A stretch of DNA of 64,000 bases from Lepidodermella squamata (lineage: Eukaryota > Animalia > Gastrotricha): assembly GCA_047495785.1 (NCBI GenBank), contig JBLDXI010000012.1, positions 496,001 to 560,000 of the forward strand. Direction: 5' to 3'. The position numbers were made by a program, and so were the translations under genes. Below are positions 62,979 through 64,000 of the stretch, one piece after another. The number at the start of each line of letters is the position of its first letter. Positions within the stretch are counted from its first letter, which is position 1. The notes under the pieces are model-generated. The model was not told the DNA's origin and did not search any database. It saw nothing but the letters and a program-made list of their open reading frames with translations.

Positions 62979-63374
62979 CTAGTCGTCCGCATCTTCCTCC
63001 AAGTTGATTTTCGAACCAAACTTAGCATAGAGACGAGCCTTAAGCTCAGTTAGCGACGCCGTGTAATCTTTCAGCGTTAGTTCCAATTCAGCAATTCGTT
63101 TATTCGTGACAGCTTTGTCAACTTCAAGGCGCTTTTGTACTTGCACAGGTGATAATTCGAAGAAAACTTCCCCGAGTTGATATGGAACCTTGCTATCCTC
63201 ATCAAGCAGTGCGATTTCATCGACAGATTCGTAAGCATCCTCCAAAGCTTTCAAGTAGGACTTCTTAGCATCGAGTTCACCCTTTGCCTCCTTGAAATTT
63301 GCATTTGTTGTGGCAAATTTATTGATACACTGCTGATCTTCGAAGGTGACTGCAGCATCGCCTGTTTGAGCCAT
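62979..63374 (-). CDS. PFDN4: Prefoldin subunit 4
   Basis: VTFEDQQCINKFA, VPYQLGEVF, LKARLYAKFGSKINLE. Confidence 0.96.
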   Translation of the reverse strand: MAQTGDAAVTFEDQQCINKFATTNANFKEAKGELDAKKSYLKALEDAYESVDEIALLDEDSKVPYQLGEVFFELSPVQVQKRLEVDKAVTNKRIAELELTLKDYTASLTELKARLYAKFGSKINLEEDADD

Positions 63375-64000
63375 AGTCGGTATAATTTAACGAAAATCTA
63401 AAAATCATAGGCAGAACTAATCAGAAAACGCACGATAATCGTGTCAAATCCTACGAGTCGTACACAATAGCTTCCAGAAATGGCACAGGTAAACTCAAAT
63501 ATAACACGAAGCATTTCGAGCACTGTCGATCGTCGCGTGTCACTTCGATAATAGTTAAGCGGTAGAGCAAATTGAATTATGCGAATAGAATTTATCCTTT
63601 CGCTTGACACACAGCTGAATTCTACCAGCATGCTCTAGAGCAAGGATTAAATAATTGGGAAGCAATAGATAGAACGATAGCGTCAAAATAATGCAGGTTT
63701 AAGGTTTCCCAAAATCCTTATATCAATTATAAAAGTAAGAAATTAACGACGACCACATAATGGAGTGTGGATAAACGAATACATCTGGCCTCCGGGTATT
63801 ATTCTTCTCTTTCTTGATCATTATTTTTACCTTCACGCTTGCACATTCATCACTGACAAACAAGCTAAAATAAAGTGCTCATGCTGAGGCGTCCGAGATT
63901 AAAGGGTTTATTTCTGTTCTGGGATTGAATTCTGCAGAAGATAGTGAAAGAAAAAATTGAAGAAAATGCTAAAAATGCAGAAACTCTTTATGAAGTCGAG

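Noticed and set aside
756-63631. Many short ORFs in the track, antisense to or out of frame with real genes (e.g. 774-1085, 31659-32009, 34760-35110, 36768-37103, 47912-48310)
   Set aside because: They are shadows of spliced genes on the other strand or frame and have no independent motifs.
1-64000. CRISPR arrays, rRNA, tRNA or prokaryotic systems
   Set aside because: The sequence is intron-containing animal DNA, and I saw no repeat-spacer array or structural RNA gene.

Overview
This is compact animal (probably bilaterian invertebrate) nuclear DNA. Most introns are 45-65 bp GT-AG and housekeeping genes are packed tightly. I reconstructed the gene models by hand from splice sites and cannot name the taxon. 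Recognisable genes: four SLC16/MCT paralogs, PPIH, MPI, CLNS1A, a VWA5A-like gene, TAF10, a CLIC-like gene, IWS1, CCDC57, a CXorf58-like gene, AP-1 sigma, a TMEM254-like gene, a RYK/Derailed-type pseudokinase, a Na/K-ATPase beta subunit, a class A GPCR, METTL17 and PFDN4. The notable part is the accessory block at about 18.9-37.2 kb. (1) Five same-strand genes encode secreted proteins sharing a module I do not recognise: C-P-x7-C, then F-[YF]-x-[WG]-L and a long amphipathic helix. They come as predicted GPI-tethered, basic-tailed and KR-cleaved forms, and the smallest is absent from the ORF track. (2) Two DxD glycosyltransferase-like genes sit inside that cluster. (3) Three micro-exon His/Pro-rich genes share a C-terminal G-x-A-[IL]-x-D-x-[LI]-x-G motif flanked by poly-His. 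Other points: the RYK appears to lack a WIF ectodomain, gene spacing is operon-like, and there are nested non-autonomous DNA transposons.
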